IMG/VR virus record: IMGVR_UViG_3300025138_000060
Location: 1 to 51,201 of that record
DNA: 51,201 bases
Reading direction: 5' to 3' (one strand)
Origin: a virus
Lineage: Duplodnaviria > Caudoviricetes
Part shown: piece by piece, positions 1 through 9,985 of the stretch
Layout: each line of letters opens with the position of its first letter
How positions within the stretch are numbered: position 1 is the first letter of the stretch
Made by a program: the position numbers and the translations under genes
Notes under the pieces: generated by a model
The model's database searches: none
Seen by the model: only the letters and a program-made list of their open reading frames with translations
What the model was told of the DNA's origin: nothing

Positions 1-1770
1 ACCATAGGTTACTGTACCTGTTGTAGTAATCGCAGACGATCCGTTGTCGATTGCGCCAAAGCCGCTTGTAATAGATCCCGCATTTAAAGCACCGACTGTA
101 GTGACGTTAGCCAAGGTATCTAGGCTAGTCTCCATGTACGTTTCAAAGTCGGTCAGAGCGACCTGCTTCATAGTACCAGCGTCATTGACCACTACACGAT
201 CAGCATCTGCAAGCGTTGTGCTTGAGGCTGACGTACCACCGTCCATAATGTTTAGCTCTTCTGGGGTAGCTGAAACTGCTGTATTACTTGCAGCCGCTAG
301 TACTGGGATCGTACCAGATTGGTTAGGAAGGTTAATCGTGCGGTCTGCTGTAGGATCAACAATCGATAATGTTGTCTCATGGTCATCTGCTGTAGCACCT
401 TCGAACACCACCGCATTCTGTGCGTTCATAGTCACTGTATCTACAACAGTTTGAGTGCCGCCTACAGTCAGGTTACCTGTAATTACTAGGTTGTCCCCAA
501 TGGTTACTTCAGAAGTCGTATGTCCTATAGTTACTGCAATACCAGAATTTTCGGTAGCTACTTTTAAAGTGCCTGTGCCGTTGGTCACGTAGCCGTTTGA
601 TCCATCGTGATACACAAGCATATCATCGTCTGTGCCTAGCTTAATCTGCCCAGCATCAGTCATATCTACGTGAGAAGCAGGGCTTAGAACTCCAGCTACT
701 GCAAGAGTGCTATCAAACGTACCCGCACCAGTACTATCTAGAGTACCCGCAAAGTCTACATTTGCCCCTGAGAATGTGGCAGCGGTAGTAGTGCCTGACT
801 TGATGATCAGGTTACCGCCAGTATTGGTTAACGATCCAAAGGTTGCAGATCCATCTTGAAGTGAGATGTTACCGCCGTCTGCGTTAAGAATAATATTGCC
901 AGCAACGTCTAAGGTAAGATCACCGCTAGATAGATCGATCTCTGTGCCATCAATGGTAATGTTGTCTACTATAACGCCAGCGTTTGAGGTTATAGCACCT
1001 GTGAATGCAGAGGTTGAAGCAACTGCAAATGTGCCACCTACCGAGGTATTTCCGCTTGTGTCGGCAACTGTGAACTTGTCGGAGTCCATAGTTAGACCGC
1101 CGTTTAGGACAGTAGCTCCAGTAACAGTCAGCGTACCAGCCGTAGAAACATTTCCTGACGTATCCGCAACGGTAAATTTGTTGCTGTCCATTGTAAGACC
1201 GCCATTTAAGGCAGTCACACCAGTTACAGTGAGAGTAGAGTTAAGAGCCGTGCCGCCTGTCATGGTCAGCGTACCACCTACTGCGGCATTGCCAGCGGCG
1301 GTTATATCCGCGCTGAGAAAAAGGCTCTTAAACCTAGTGCTGGTATTACCCAAGTCTATGGAGTTATTTGAGGCAGGTAAAATAATGTTGTCTGTTTGGA
1401 CTTGTACAAGCTCACGCCATACCGCTGCACCAGAGTTGTTACCAACACAGATGTATATACGGCCTGTACTAGTATTTTCCCAAAGAGATCCCGGCGCAAA
1501 ACCATCTGCACTGTCATCGCCCACAGCGGGGTTAGAGGTATTAGTGAATATACTTTTACCGCCTGTGCCACCGTTTTCTGCGGGTAGGAAACCGCTTACA
1601 GAGGTAGCTAGGGGTATCTTTGTACCATTGCCCGTAGCGCCAGTGTGCGTGTGTCCCGTGGTAGCGTGAAAGGCTGCTAGTATTTGGTTAAATTCTGCAT
1701 TTAATGGTGGAGCGGTAATTGCCGATCCGTTCACGATGCTCGCGGTAGATTGTCTTGTGTAGCCAGCCAT
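1..1770 (-). CDS. Tail fibre protein, N-terminal part (runs off the left edge; missing from ORF track)
   Basis: ATG at 1770 overlaps stop of upstream gene; reads MAGYTRQSTASIVNGSAITAPPLNAEFNQILAAFHATTGHTHTG..., a podovirus fibre-like N-terminus; Gly/Thr/Ala-rich repeats. Confidence 0.8.
   Translation of the reverse strand, partial: MAGYTRQSTASIVNGSAITAPPLNAEFNQILAAFHATTGHTHTGATGNGTKIPLATSVSGFLPAENGGTGGKSIFTNTSNPAVGDDSADGFAPGSLWENTSTGRIYICVGNNSGAAVWRELVQVQTDNIILPASNNSIDLGNTSTRFKSLFLSADITAAGNAAVGGTLTMTGGTALNSTLTVTGVTALNGGLTMDSNKFTVADTSGNVSTAGTLTVTGATVLNGGLTMDSDKFTVADTSGNTSVGGTFAVASTSAFTGAITSNAGVIVDNITIDGTEIDLSSGDLTLDVAGNIILNADGGNISLQDGSATFGSLTNTGGNLIIKSGTTTAATFSGANVDFAGTLDSTGAGTFDSTLAVAGVLSPASHVDMTDAGQIKLGTDDDMLVYHDGSNGYVTNGTGTLKVATENSGIAVTIGHTTSEVTIGDNLVITGNLTVGGTQTVVDTVTMNAQNAVVFEGATADDHETTLSIVDPTADRTINLPNQSGTIPVLAAASNTAVSATPEELNIMDGGTSASSTTLADADRVVVNDAGTMKQVALTDFETYMETSLDTLANVTTVGALNAGSITSGFGAIDNGSSAITTTGTVTYG
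1035..1235 (-). repeat. Two tandem ~34-aa repeats inside tail fibre (approximate bounds)
   Basis: TGVTALNGGLTMDSNKFTVADTSGN and TGATVLNGGLTMDSDKFTVADTSGN. Confidence 0.75.
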
Positions 1771-3446
1771 TATCTTCTCCCTGCGGCACTAAATTCAAAA
1801 ACTAAGCCTTGAATTGAGAATGGTTCTGATTGCCCGTCTGTCACGAAGGTAGCCCTGCAACTAAAACCAGAGCCTTGAATATCTGAAGTGATTACGGGTT
1901 TAGATGCACCGCCGTAGATTACGTTGTCTCCATTGTAGGTGATGTTTCGCCCAGAATAGACTGTGGGTGCGCCTAAAGATGTTTGTGTGTACGTATTAGG
2001 AACAGCAGTGTTGTAATCGCCCCAATCATAATCGATAGCTAAATTCATTTCGAATGGCCCTTCGGCCCGTACAAAAGTGTTTACTTTTCGCAAAGCTTTA
2101 CGTTGTTCTGTTTCTCCAAAATCTAAGTATGGGGTGGAGTAAACTGATATAATGTTAGCGCCGTTAAAGGACTTGCCTTTTTCTTGTTGATAGACGGAGC
2201 CGTCATGGTCACCATGTAAAATAAGCTCAGTAGTGCCTACGTAATCAGAGGTACAACATGAGGCTCTTATACCTAAAAGCTCACCAAACTCCCAGCCAAC
2301 AGAGCCGCTGGTGTCTGTGAGACCCCCAATAATCCCTATACTTTCATTCTGTGCCAACACTGAATTACTTACGGTAGTAGTTATAAAATATCTAACTTGG
2401 GACTTTGAGCGTATTACAACTCCAATTAGCGCATCCATATCTTCGTTTTGGATAATATCAACGAGCGTTGTTTGAATAGCCGAAGACAAAGGACTAAGTT
2501 CGATATCACCGATTCTGGAAGTTCCGGCAACCGGACGAAAACCTGATGGGCTAAGAAACATGAGGTCTCCGCCAATTTCAAGAACGCTATCCCGTGCTAC
2601 ACAACCAACATTTGTGGTGACGTTTTCAAGAGCAAATGCATTAGAACTAGTAACTGTAACTTTTTTTATGTTGTTGTTACCAAATACAAACAAATTATCT
2701 CTAAAGGGTTTAATTTGTACAACATCAAAACCCGCAGCTATCTGACCACCAGCCGCCGCTGAAGTCCAAGTGTAGGGGTCATTTGGGGCACTGTGGGCGA
2801 TAGTAGCCCCTGTAGCCTGATGACCGGATAAAAATACGTGGTTTTCAAAAACGTCTACTAAAGCCGGGGCATTAAGAGCTTGGTTACCTCCAGCGGTATT
2901 GTTGTCTGCGTGGTATCCACCGGAATGGCTTGACTTAATCTCTTTCCAGTTTGTGCCGTTAAATATAATTGCAGGGTTAACACCATCTACAAAGATAATT
3001 GCATTGCCTGTACCAGTAGTAAATTGAACGTGGCGAAGACGATTGACCGTTAACGAGTTAGCAGTCATAGGGCGGGTAACGCTGTGGTCTAATGTAAATT
3101 TTCTCCAGCCCACTCCGGCGGTGTAATAATAAAAACTGTAATTAGTGGCTCCGGCATCTTGTCTAGCCGCAATGATTGTTGTGCCGTTGGTTACGTCATT
3201 TTTAAAAATTGCTATGCCAAGCACTTTGCCTTGACCTGTAGTAGAACCTGCTACAGTGACCTGTCCGTAATCGGAATCATAATCGTCATAGCCCTGAATA
3301 CGGCGATAGCCACCAAATAAAGAAGGCTCATAATTAAGCAATCTTACGGCGGCTCCGGGGCTATTATCAGACAGATCCAAATGGTTTTCGTTACTATTTA
3401 GACCACCACTGCATAGTAGCTTGAATGACTGAATTTGATCAGGCAT
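1770..3446 (-). CDS. Tail tubular/nozzle (head-stabilisation) protein
   Basis: 558 aa beta-rich, N-terminal GGLN motif, position between adaptor and fibre. Confidence 0.7.
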   Translation of the reverse strand: MPDQIQSFKLLCSGGLNSNENHLDLSDNSPGAAVRLLNYEPSLFGGYRRIQGYDDYDSDYGQVTVAGSTTGQGKVLGIAIFKNDVTNGTTIIAARQDAGATNYSFYYYTAGVGWRKFTLDHSVTRPMTANSLTVNRLRHVQFTTGTGNAIIFVDGVNPAIIFNGTNWKEIKSSHSGGYHADNNTAGGNQALNAPALVDVFENHVFLSGHQATGATIAHSAPNDPYTWTSAAAGGQIAAGFDVVQIKPFRDNLFVFGNNNIKKVTVTSSNAFALENVTTNVGCVARDSVLEIGGDLMFLSPSGFRPVAGTSRIGDIELSPLSSAIQTTLVDIIQNEDMDALIGVVIRSKSQVRYFITTTVSNSVLAQNESIGIIGGLTDTSGSVGWEFGELLGIRASCCTSDYVGTTELILHGDHDGSVYQQEKGKSFNGANIISVYSTPYLDFGETEQRKALRKVNTFVRAEGPFEMNLAIDYDWGDYNTAVPNTYTQTSLGAPTVYSGRNITYNGDNVIYGGASKPVITSDIQGSGFSCRATFVTDGQSEPFSIQGLVFEFSAAGRR

Positions 3447-4136
3447 TTAGAATTTAATCCGTGTGTCTGTAACACTGATTGTGTTGTTTATATAAAGTGT
3501 CTGAAGGTCTTTGACGCCTTGTTCATAAGAGGCGTAAGCAATTTGAGCAGCTTCTAAATTATCTTTAAATTGGTACATATAATAAAGCGCACCATCAATT
3601 AAGACGGTGTCATAACTTTCCGGTACTCGCGTAACATCCGTAGCGTTTACGATGTCCGAATAATTCATAAAGTATCTAAATTTTAGGGAGTATGTTTTGT
3701 TTGGGGAAGGGGAGACACCGTAGCCATTACCGTGTGCTGGGAATACAAATTCAGGTACATCTCTTCCAGTAGAGCCAGAAGTGTCATCAAGATCCCGATA
3801 GTTTTTGTACCAAGTGTCCCGTTCAATAAATTTAAGAGCTTTAAACTGTGACCCTAGACTAGTGCTAGCTTGTATTTGGAAACTATTCCAATCAGCTATT
3901 TTATAAAAAGTGGGCCAAGTGTATTCTTCTTGACCAACAATTAAGGTGTCTGTTTCTTCAGCCGCATTAAAGGGCCATTCAAATTCCATTTGGTTTATTC
4001 TAGCTAAAGCGGCTTTCACCGCATCTTTCACTAGAGCCTGAACGCCAGTGCAAGATGCAAAGTCACCTTCGATTAATTCCACCTCGTTGAGGCGGCGAAT
4101 AACTTGATTGCATAAGCTTAAATAAGTGCTGGGCAT
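3447..4136 (-). CDS. Head-tail adaptor / tail tubular protein A-like
   Basis: 229 aa, TYLSLCNQVIRRLNE...WPF pattern; synteny downstream of capsid genes. Confidence 0.7.
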   Translation of the reverse strand: MPSTYLSLCNQVIRRLNEVELIEGDFASCTGVQALVKDAVKAALARINQMEFEWPFNAAEETDTLIVGQEEYTWPTFYKIADWNSFQIQASTSLGSQFKALKFIERDTWYKNYRDLDDTSGSTGRDVPEFVFPAHGNGYGVSPSPNKTYSLKFRYFMNYSDIVNATDVTRVPESYDTVLIDGALYYMYQFKDNLEAAQIAYASYEQGVKDLQTLYINNTISVTDTRIKF

Positions 4137-4156
4137 ACTGAACCTTTAGATAAGGA

Positions 4157-4186
4157 AATGGGGCCAGCGGTTAAGCCAACCCCATA
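4157..4186 (-). terminator. Hairpin / probable terminator after capsid genes
   Basis: ATGGGG..CCCCAT stem followed by a short pyrimidine run. Confidence 0.45.
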
Positions 4187-4191
4187 AATTT

Positions 4192-4683
4192 TTAAGCTAA
4201 ATAATCGCGGTCTGCGATATCAGCTACACCAACGCCAGTATCTGCAACGTCCATTAAGACTGCGTAGATACGTAACTTACCAGTAGTCAAAGCAGTGCCT
4301 GACTGCGTAGCAAGTTTTAGATCGATGTTATCGTCTGCAACTGCAACTAGAGGCTGGTATGCCGCTGCGTTCTGGGAGATTGTCCCAGCAGCAACGCTGT
4401 CTGAACCATCCATACCGTCTACAAAACAGTCAGCATCAACTCCTGTGCCTAGATCAAAAGTTGTTGTGCCACCAGAAGTGACGGTATCAACTTCGATCCC
4501 TGCATTCATAATCATTGTGCCTTTCGGAACAGCAATTACAGGAATTACATCGTTAGCAGCAAGGGCCGAGCCTTTGTCTGATAATGCTGTAGCAAGGTCT
4601 ACAACGGTTTGCACCATGTAGGGTTGACGGCCACGCGAGGATGAACCTCTGGCAGCCGCTAAAGTGTTATCACCTAATGCCAT
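4192..4683 (-). CDS. Putative capsid decoration/cement protein
   Basis: 163 aa beta-rich protein directly after MCP. Confidence 0.55.
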   Translation of the reverse strand: MALGDNTLAAARGSSSRGRQPYMVQTVVDLATALSDKGSALAANDVIPVIAVPKGTMIMNAGIEVDTVTSGGTTTFDLGTGVDADCFVDGMDGSDSVAAGTISQNAAAYQPLVAVADDNIDLKLATQSGTALTTGKLRIYAVLMDVADTGVGVADIADRDYLA

Positions 4684-4701
4684 TTTTTAGTTTCCCTCTA
4701 T

Positions 4702-5775
4702 TTAGGCTGCGTTATATTTCGCGGTTACAATTGCTTCTGGACGAAGTATCTTCGAACCGTAGACCTGAATTCCGCGCACAATGTCGCTGAATGAGTCAGG
4801 ATCACGATAAGTCTCTGTTTTTGAGATAGATTCTGCGGTTGCTACAGCAGAACTATGCCCAGCTACCAACACACCGTAATGGGCGTCAGAATTTGCCGTA
4901 CCTGATTGGCCCGGTCCATTACCTTTTGCCGGAAGATTGCTTGAGGAGTATACCTTAAAGCCGTGGAAGCTATTTAAAATTAGTCCATTGCGTAGGCCAC
5001 CTGACTCTCCAAAATCAGAATTTAGCATTCTGGAATCTTCGTCTGCGAGGAGTTCTAAGAACACCGGATCACAAACGAGCCATCTATTTTGTGTATCAAC
5101 TTGCTGTTGATCTAGAAGGCGTTTCATACGTGCAACGACCATTGCTGGTGATACAGTCGCAGTTGGCAAAGCTGTTGCACCCGGAAGACGGGCAGCTAAT
5201 GGTATTGAGTGATCTCCAGCGGAAGACGTTGTAATATTCCCAAAGCTATCCTTCCGCAATTTCATGCTGGTTAGTAACTCATCCGTACCCGCAGTTGCTA
5301 AAGCTTTATCACCACGGGCTGTGTCGTTTACTGTGTCAGCCTGAGCGTGAAGTGCTGATTGCTTGTAGCCAGACATATAACCAAGAACGTCTTGGTCAAA
5401 CTGATCTGCCAAACGATAAGCTGCACGATCTGTTGCAAGATCCATAAAATTTATGTGCGAATGGGCGGTTTCTATATCGTCCATCTTAAAGGCAAAATAA
5501 TTAGCTTTATTTACAACCAAAGAAAAGTCTTCATCGTCTAAATCTTGTGGTTGAATTGTCGTGCCCCTGCTGTACTGCGCCACAGAAATCTCTGGTTCCT
5601 TAATAATACGGACTGTGTCGCCTTGGCCTGAGATCTCGCCAAAATATTCATTGTTCGAAATGTCACCAACAACAGTAGCTTTCCTAAAAGCTAGCTGGGT
5701 TTTTTTGCTATAAATTACACTACTGAACGATCCGTTTGGAAGGTTATTGTGCCCGGAGGCTGATTGAAATGCCAT
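4702..5775 (-). CDS. Major capsid protein
   Basis: 357 aa; GEI..QGDTVRI, ETYRDPDSFSDIVRGIQVYGSKILRPEA motifs typical of podovirus coat proteins; follows scaffold. Confidence 0.9.
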   Translation of the reverse strand: MAFQSASGHNNLPNGSFSSVIYSKKTQLAFRKATVVGDISNNEYFGEISGQGDTVRIIKEPEISVAQYSRGTTIQPQDLDDEDFSLVVNKANYFAFKMDDIETAHSHINFMDLATDRAAYRLADQFDQDVLGYMSGYKQSALHAQADTVNDTARGDKALATAGTDELLTSMKLRKDSFGNITTSSAGDHSIPLAARLPGATALPTATVSPAMVVARMKRLLDQQQVDTQNRWLVCDPVFLELLADEDSRMLNSDFGESGGLRNGLILNSFHGFKVYSSSNLPAKGNGPGQSGTANSDAHYGVLVAGHSSAVATAESISKTETYRDPDSFSDIVRGIQVYGSKILRPEAIVTAKYNAA

Positions 5776-6006
5776 TGTTATAATCCTTGTATGAAATGGC
5801 TGAGATTACACTTCTTACATTAGTAACGTGACTAACAAATTGTGATTTTAGGTAAGAAGCAGCTAGATCAGACAACTTAACAATAGTGTCAGCTGGCTTG
5901 AGGTATCGCTAAAGCGGTCCAAACCTTCTGGTAAACTTTGTATTATTATCTGGGAGTTTGGATATAAGGTATACTGCTAAGTGTCTTATATCTATAAAAA
6001 TTCAAT
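5771..6006 (-). promoter_or_regulatory. Long structured 5' leader of the MCP gene
   Basis: Five consecutive inverted repeats; last one (GCCATT/AATGGC) pairs with the start codon. Confidence 0.65.
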
Positions 6007-6012
6007 GGTTTC

Positions 6013-6041
6013 ATTATACCATATCGAATTAATTACTGCAA
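6013..6041 (-). promoter_or_regulatory. sigma70-type promoter for MCP
   Basis: TTGCAG-17 bp-TATAAT with extended TG. Confidence 0.75.
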
Positions 6042-6073
6042 TAGTTAAGTTATTTATTAATGGTACAATAAAA

Positions 6074-6859
6074 TTATCTAGCACCACCTGAAATATCGTA
6101 AGTAAATGTTCCATTTTTTCTTGAAGCATCAATTGCTTCTTCATTGGCTTCATACTCACGGGCAGACATACGTTCCACCATACTTTCAGACCACTCAGAC
6201 TTTCCGCCTGAAGAGGGTGCTGTATTCGAGGTACGTCCGACTGCTTGTGCGGCTGACCTCTTAGCCTTTCGAGAACCTTTGTCAGACTTATACAAGTCAA
6301 TAGTTCTAGAGGCCCATTGAGCATCAGTATTATTTTTGTACACGCTGTCTTGCAATGCAGACGGCTGTAAAGATACCCATTCATGGAACTTAGGATCTTG
6401 TCGTATTTCCGCAAAATCGGGATGCAATTCAACAAGCTGTTGTTCTGCGCTTTGTTTGTGCAAAGAACGCTCAAAGCTCTCTACTTTTTCAAGACGCTTT
6501 TCGCCTTCTGCAAGAACTTCATTAGCTCTTTTACGTGCAATAGTATCGACAATTTTTGCAACGTCAGGATAGCGGCTTGACCAAGCTTCGACTTCCTCAT
6601 CACTTTTAGGAAACTTAATTTGCTTCCGAGTTGCTTCGTCTAACTGTTTCTTAACAGCAGCAACTTCCTGATCTTTTTGATCACGAACAGTTTGAATATG
6701 TCGCTGAATGTCTTGATAGCGTTTTTTGTAACTTTCTTCTTCAGCATCTAATTGTTCTACAGGCTCTTGGCCTTGCTCTTGAGCATATTCCTTACTTTTT
6801 AGTAAGCTATCAATTTCTTGCTCTAATTCTTCAGCGCGAAGTTTTTTTGTGTTTTGCAT
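6074..6859 (-). CDS. Capsid scaffolding protein
   Basis: Coiled-coil, charged; YKKRYQD, LHPDF motifs; start moved to ATG 6859 (GAGGA RBS). Confidence 0.75.
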   Translation of the reverse strand: MQNTKKLRAEELEQEIDSLLKSKEYAQEQGQEPVEQLDAEEESYKKRYQDIQRHIQTVRDQKDQEVAAVKKQLDEATRKQIKFPKSDEEVEAWSSRYPDVAKIVDTIARKRANEVLAEGEKRLEKVESFERSLHKQSAEQQLVELHPDFAEIRQDPKFHEWVSLQPSALQDSVYKNNTDAQWASRTIDLYKSDKGSRKAKRSAAQAVGRTSNTAPSSGGKSEWSESMVERMSAREYEANEEAIDASRKNGTFTYDISGGAR

Positions 6860-6898
6860 AATTTCCTCTTGCGGGTCCAATAATATTGGGTGTCCAAG

Positions 6899-8038
6899 TT
6901 AAATGATGAATGCGTATTTTTGTTTTTTAAGCATTCGGGGAAGGTCGGATGTTTGAGGATAAACTTTTTCAGTATCCTCATTTTCATCCGTTAGATCGTC
7001 TACTTCTACAGCAGCGGTCTCTACATCGAGATCCTCTTCAGGCTCTTCGATTTCTTCTTCTTCAACCATTTCGGTGTCAGAACTTTCTGCGTGTTGGATC
7101 AAGCCATCCATTTTCATAGACATAAGACCCATTTCAGCTTCAGACTGCATCGTCTGTATGTGTTTTAAACCGTGCCATTTTACAACATGAGCGGGTAAGA
7201 CATATTCATCTGTACTTAGCTTGGCATCAATATCATCTCGAACATTTGCTGCATGAGATCCTACCGGAATAGGATTACCAGATACATTGTCGTACCCCAT
7301 AATACCGTCTGTCATCATGCCGCCGCAGCCGCATTCTTCCATTGCACCACAACCGCAAGCCATTCCGCCGTGGCTCATCTCTACAAGCTCATCGTTCTCT
7401 ATGGCTTTCTGAATAGCTTCGCCTTTAACTTCTTCATACTTGCTTAGTTCGCCATCACCATCTGTGTCGGCTTTTTTCTTATCTAATTGAAATTTCTTAG
7501 CTGCCATATCTCTTCCCTCTTGTGTGGTAATTCCTTTAGTAGCTGTTGGTATGCCACCTAATGCGTAGCTACTGCCTTCGTCCTGACTTCCAAAAAAACC
7601 ATAAATTTTATCTCTAGTGTCAGCAGCAAAATCTATTACGTCTTGCTTTCGATCTGCCATAGTGGTCGCGGAACCATCTTGCTTAAAGTAGGTATCACTT
7701 TCACCTGCATAAAATTCTTGGTCTGTAATATCGAAGTTCAAAAGGTTATCAGAACGCCATTTAGAATATTCTATTGCAGTGCCTTCGTCCTCGAACACAG
7801 GAAGCTTTTCCCCCGTGTATAAATCGTAGGGGCCATTTTCATTATAGTGAGCAAACAAATCGTCTATTTTATAAAGTTTGCCTGTTTCAGGATTAATTGT
7901 AGGGGTTACAATATAACCTGTACCATAATCGTATGTTGCCGTTTTTTCAGAATAATTTTCTATATCCTGATCATTTTTCCAAACAGGCTTACCGTTGCGT
8001 GTCTGAAGACCTTTAATTTGTTGTGGGGTAGACGCCAT
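6899..8038 (-). CDS. Head-cluster protein with DDIDAKLSTDEYV domain (putative processing peptidase), EF-hand-like loop and acidic tail
   Basis: Start moved to ATG 8038 (AAGGA RBS); position of a prohead protease between portal and scaffold. Confidence 0.5.
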   Translation of the reverse strand: MASTPQQIKGLQTRNGKPVWKNDQDIENYSEKTATYDYGTGYIVTPTINPETGKLYKIDDLFAHYNENGPYDLYTGEKLPVFEDEGTAIEYSKWRSDNLLNFDITDQEFYAGESDTYFKQDGSATTMADRKQDVIDFAADTRDKIYGFFGSQDEGSSYALGGIPTATKGITTQEGRDMAAKKFQLDKKKADTDGDGELSKYEEVKGEAIQKAIENDELVEMSHGGMACGCGAMEECGCGGMMTDGIMGYDNVSGNPIPVGSHAANVRDDIDAKLSTDEYVLPAHVVKWHGLKHIQTMQSEAEMGLMSMKMDGLIQHAESSDTEMVEEEEIEEPEEDLDVETAAVEVDDLTDENEDTEKVYPQTSDLPRMLKKQKYAFII

Positions 8039-8048
8039 TATAAGTTCC

Positions 8049-9770
8049 TTAAATAGCTCCGAAGCCTTTGTCTTCAGGAGCAATAGCTGCACCCAGAGCG
8101 GCGCTGGCTCCTATGATCGATAACAAAGGAATTTTTCGATCCATAAGCATTCTAAAGATTTCTTCTCTAGAAAAACCCATTACGTTTGCGGTGACGCCTA
8201 TTCTTTCGTCCAACAACTCAACAATAGTAGCTGTTTCAGATTTTAGACCTGTCTTTTCCCCTGAGCCAAACCAACCCATAGATTGTGATTCCGCAGGGGA
8301 TACTTGGGCTTTTTCGCCAGCTAATTTATATATATCAGAAAATACAGCGTATTCAGTCTGCATAGCAGCACCGTCAATTTGCTGCTTACCCAGTGTATCT
8401 TTTAGCCATGTAACAGCATTAAGTTGACTTGGGTCTTCTTTATAAGCTTCAAGCCATTTAGGTTCTATCCATCCATCTGGTATGGAACCCGGCGATACCT
8501 CATTCATTGCATCTAATGCACCACGAATTGCGTGAGTATCGATTGTTGAGCCTTGCAGATTACCCTCTACGTTTTTAGCAAACGTAAATGGCTTAGTGTT
8601 ATTGTTTGGGTTTATTCCGCCAGCTTCAACTTGGTTCGTAAGAATACGATGAATACCGCTGTCAGAGGTCATCATATTGTAACCTTTTTCACTAATACCA
8701 CCTGTACCGGGGCCAATTAGGGTCTCTAGAGGTACTCCCGCTTCCTTTTTAGCCATAACCAATGTGGCATTACGCAAATTTGTGGCGGTATCAGTGCGAG
8801 GACTAGTGGCGGCATAAGCTTCTGAAAACTCTTTCATCCAATCATCTACATATTCTTTTGAGTAGCCCATTGCGAGTGCTTTTTCCCGAATAGGTTCCGT
8901 ATTGTAAAAATACTGGGCAGCGGTCCCTTTCCATTTTTCCATACGTTGAGCAAGGACTTCGGCAATCTCCTCACTCATCTCTTGAACAGGCCGAGACCTA
9001 TCTCCTAAAGGCAGCATTGCATCTGGATTAGGATTTCTAGGTACGTATATCTCTTCTTGTTTTACAGTATTGCGCTCATAAGCTTCTGGAGAGGTATCGA
9101 ATAAAGGTTCGCCTTTTGCTCCAGTACGTTTGCCTACGGGTTTAGTCATCTCATTGGCACGGGCATTGATTACGTTAGCCATATTGGTTTCTAAAGGTGG
9201 GCCTTCGTTATGACCCATTCCAAACAGTTCGTCTGTCTGGTTATCTACTGTACTACTGCCTTTACCCATATCAAAGGGCTGCCTGACTACCTCTGCACCA
9301 GCCGCTTGGGCATCTTGAGGATTACCTCGGCCTTTAATAAAGTCTATATCTCCATCTAAAAGTGCGCGAGTGTTACCCACAACTTCCCCAGCAACCTTAC
9401 CTGCGGTATCTTGCAGAGACCTAGCACCCGCTCTGATTGCGCTAGCAGCAGCATCTCCCGCCCCCGGCACTAATCCTATAATAGTGGCAGCGGCCCCTAG
9501 ACCACCCAAAGCACCAATCATATAGTAGTTAGGGTTTTCTTTAGCTAACTCATCACCAATCATCTGAATGGTCTCATAACCGCCCTTAATGTCTCCAATA
9601 ATAGGCGTGAAATCTAAGGCTACGTTACCTAGCCCTTGCCACGTAACTTCCGGTATATCTTCCGCAAGACTTTCGCCATAAGATTGCCAATCTTCTTCAG
9701 TACCGCCCATAATTTTAGCTGGCTCATTAGACTGTTCTCCTTCTCCAAAAATATATTCATACAGCCCCAT
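8049..9770 (-). CDS. Putative virion-packaged effector: pre-toxin-TG-like N-terminus plus helical DNA-glycosylase-like domain
   Basis: LDFTPIIGDIKG; AATSP..N, K..F..N, TIDTH, P..QS..W motifs. Confidence 0.5.
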   Translation of the reverse strand: MGLYEYIFGEGEQSNEPAKIMGGTEEDWQSYGESLAEDIPEVTWQGLGNVALDFTPIIGDIKGGYETIQMIGDELAKENPNYYMIGALGGLGAAATIIGLVPGAGDAAASAIRAGARSLQDTAGKVAGEVVGNTRALLDGDIDFIKGRGNPQDAQAAGAEVVRQPFDMGKGSSTVDNQTDELFGMGHNEGPPLETNMANVINARANEMTKPVGKRTGAKGEPLFDTSPEAYERNTVKQEEIYVPRNPNPDAMLPLGDRSRPVQEMSEEIAEVLAQRMEKWKGTAAQYFYNTEPIREKALAMGYSKEYVDDWMKEFSEAYAATSPRTDTATNLRNATLVMAKKEAGVPLETLIGPGTGGISEKGYNMMTSDSGIHRILTNQVEAGGINPNNNTKPFTFAKNVEGNLQGSTIDTHAIRGALDAMNEVSPGSIPDGWIEPKWLEAYKEDPSQLNAVTWLKDTLGKQQIDGAAMQTEYAVFSDIYKLAGEKAQVSPAESQSMGWFGSGEKTGLKSETATIVELLDERIGVTANVMGFSREEIFRMLMDRKIPLLSIIGASAALGAAIAPEDKGFGAI

Positions 9771-9985
9771 TATTTGGCTCCCTCAAGTGCTTCATCGCGT
9801 AAGGTTTCAAAGCGTTTCAACTCTGCAATGCATCCTTGTATTTCAAGTATGCGCTGATGGTCTTTGACGGTTTCTAGAAGGCTATGCATTATCTCGATAC
9901 GGGCCTTAGCGTATTCTTTTAAAGTAGAGTACTGAGCTTTATCATTGACCAAGGGAAGCAAGCTCCGATAAAAAATTTTATCCAT
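9770..9985 (-). CDS. Small conserved protein following portal
   Basis: 71 aa helical, QG motif, translationally coupled to portal. Confidence 0.6.
   Translation of the reverse strand: MDKIFYRSLLPLVNDKAQYSTLKEYAKARIEIMHSLLETVKDHQRILEIQGCIAELKRFETLRDEALEGAK

Noticed and set aside
44-1669. Plus-strand ORFs 44-454 and 866-1669
   Set aside because: Antisense shadows of the minus-strand tail fibre starting at 1770
5992-6474. 160-aa alternative-frame ORF overlapping scaffold
   Set aside because: Out-of-frame overlap running through the MCP promoter; no RBS or recognisable features
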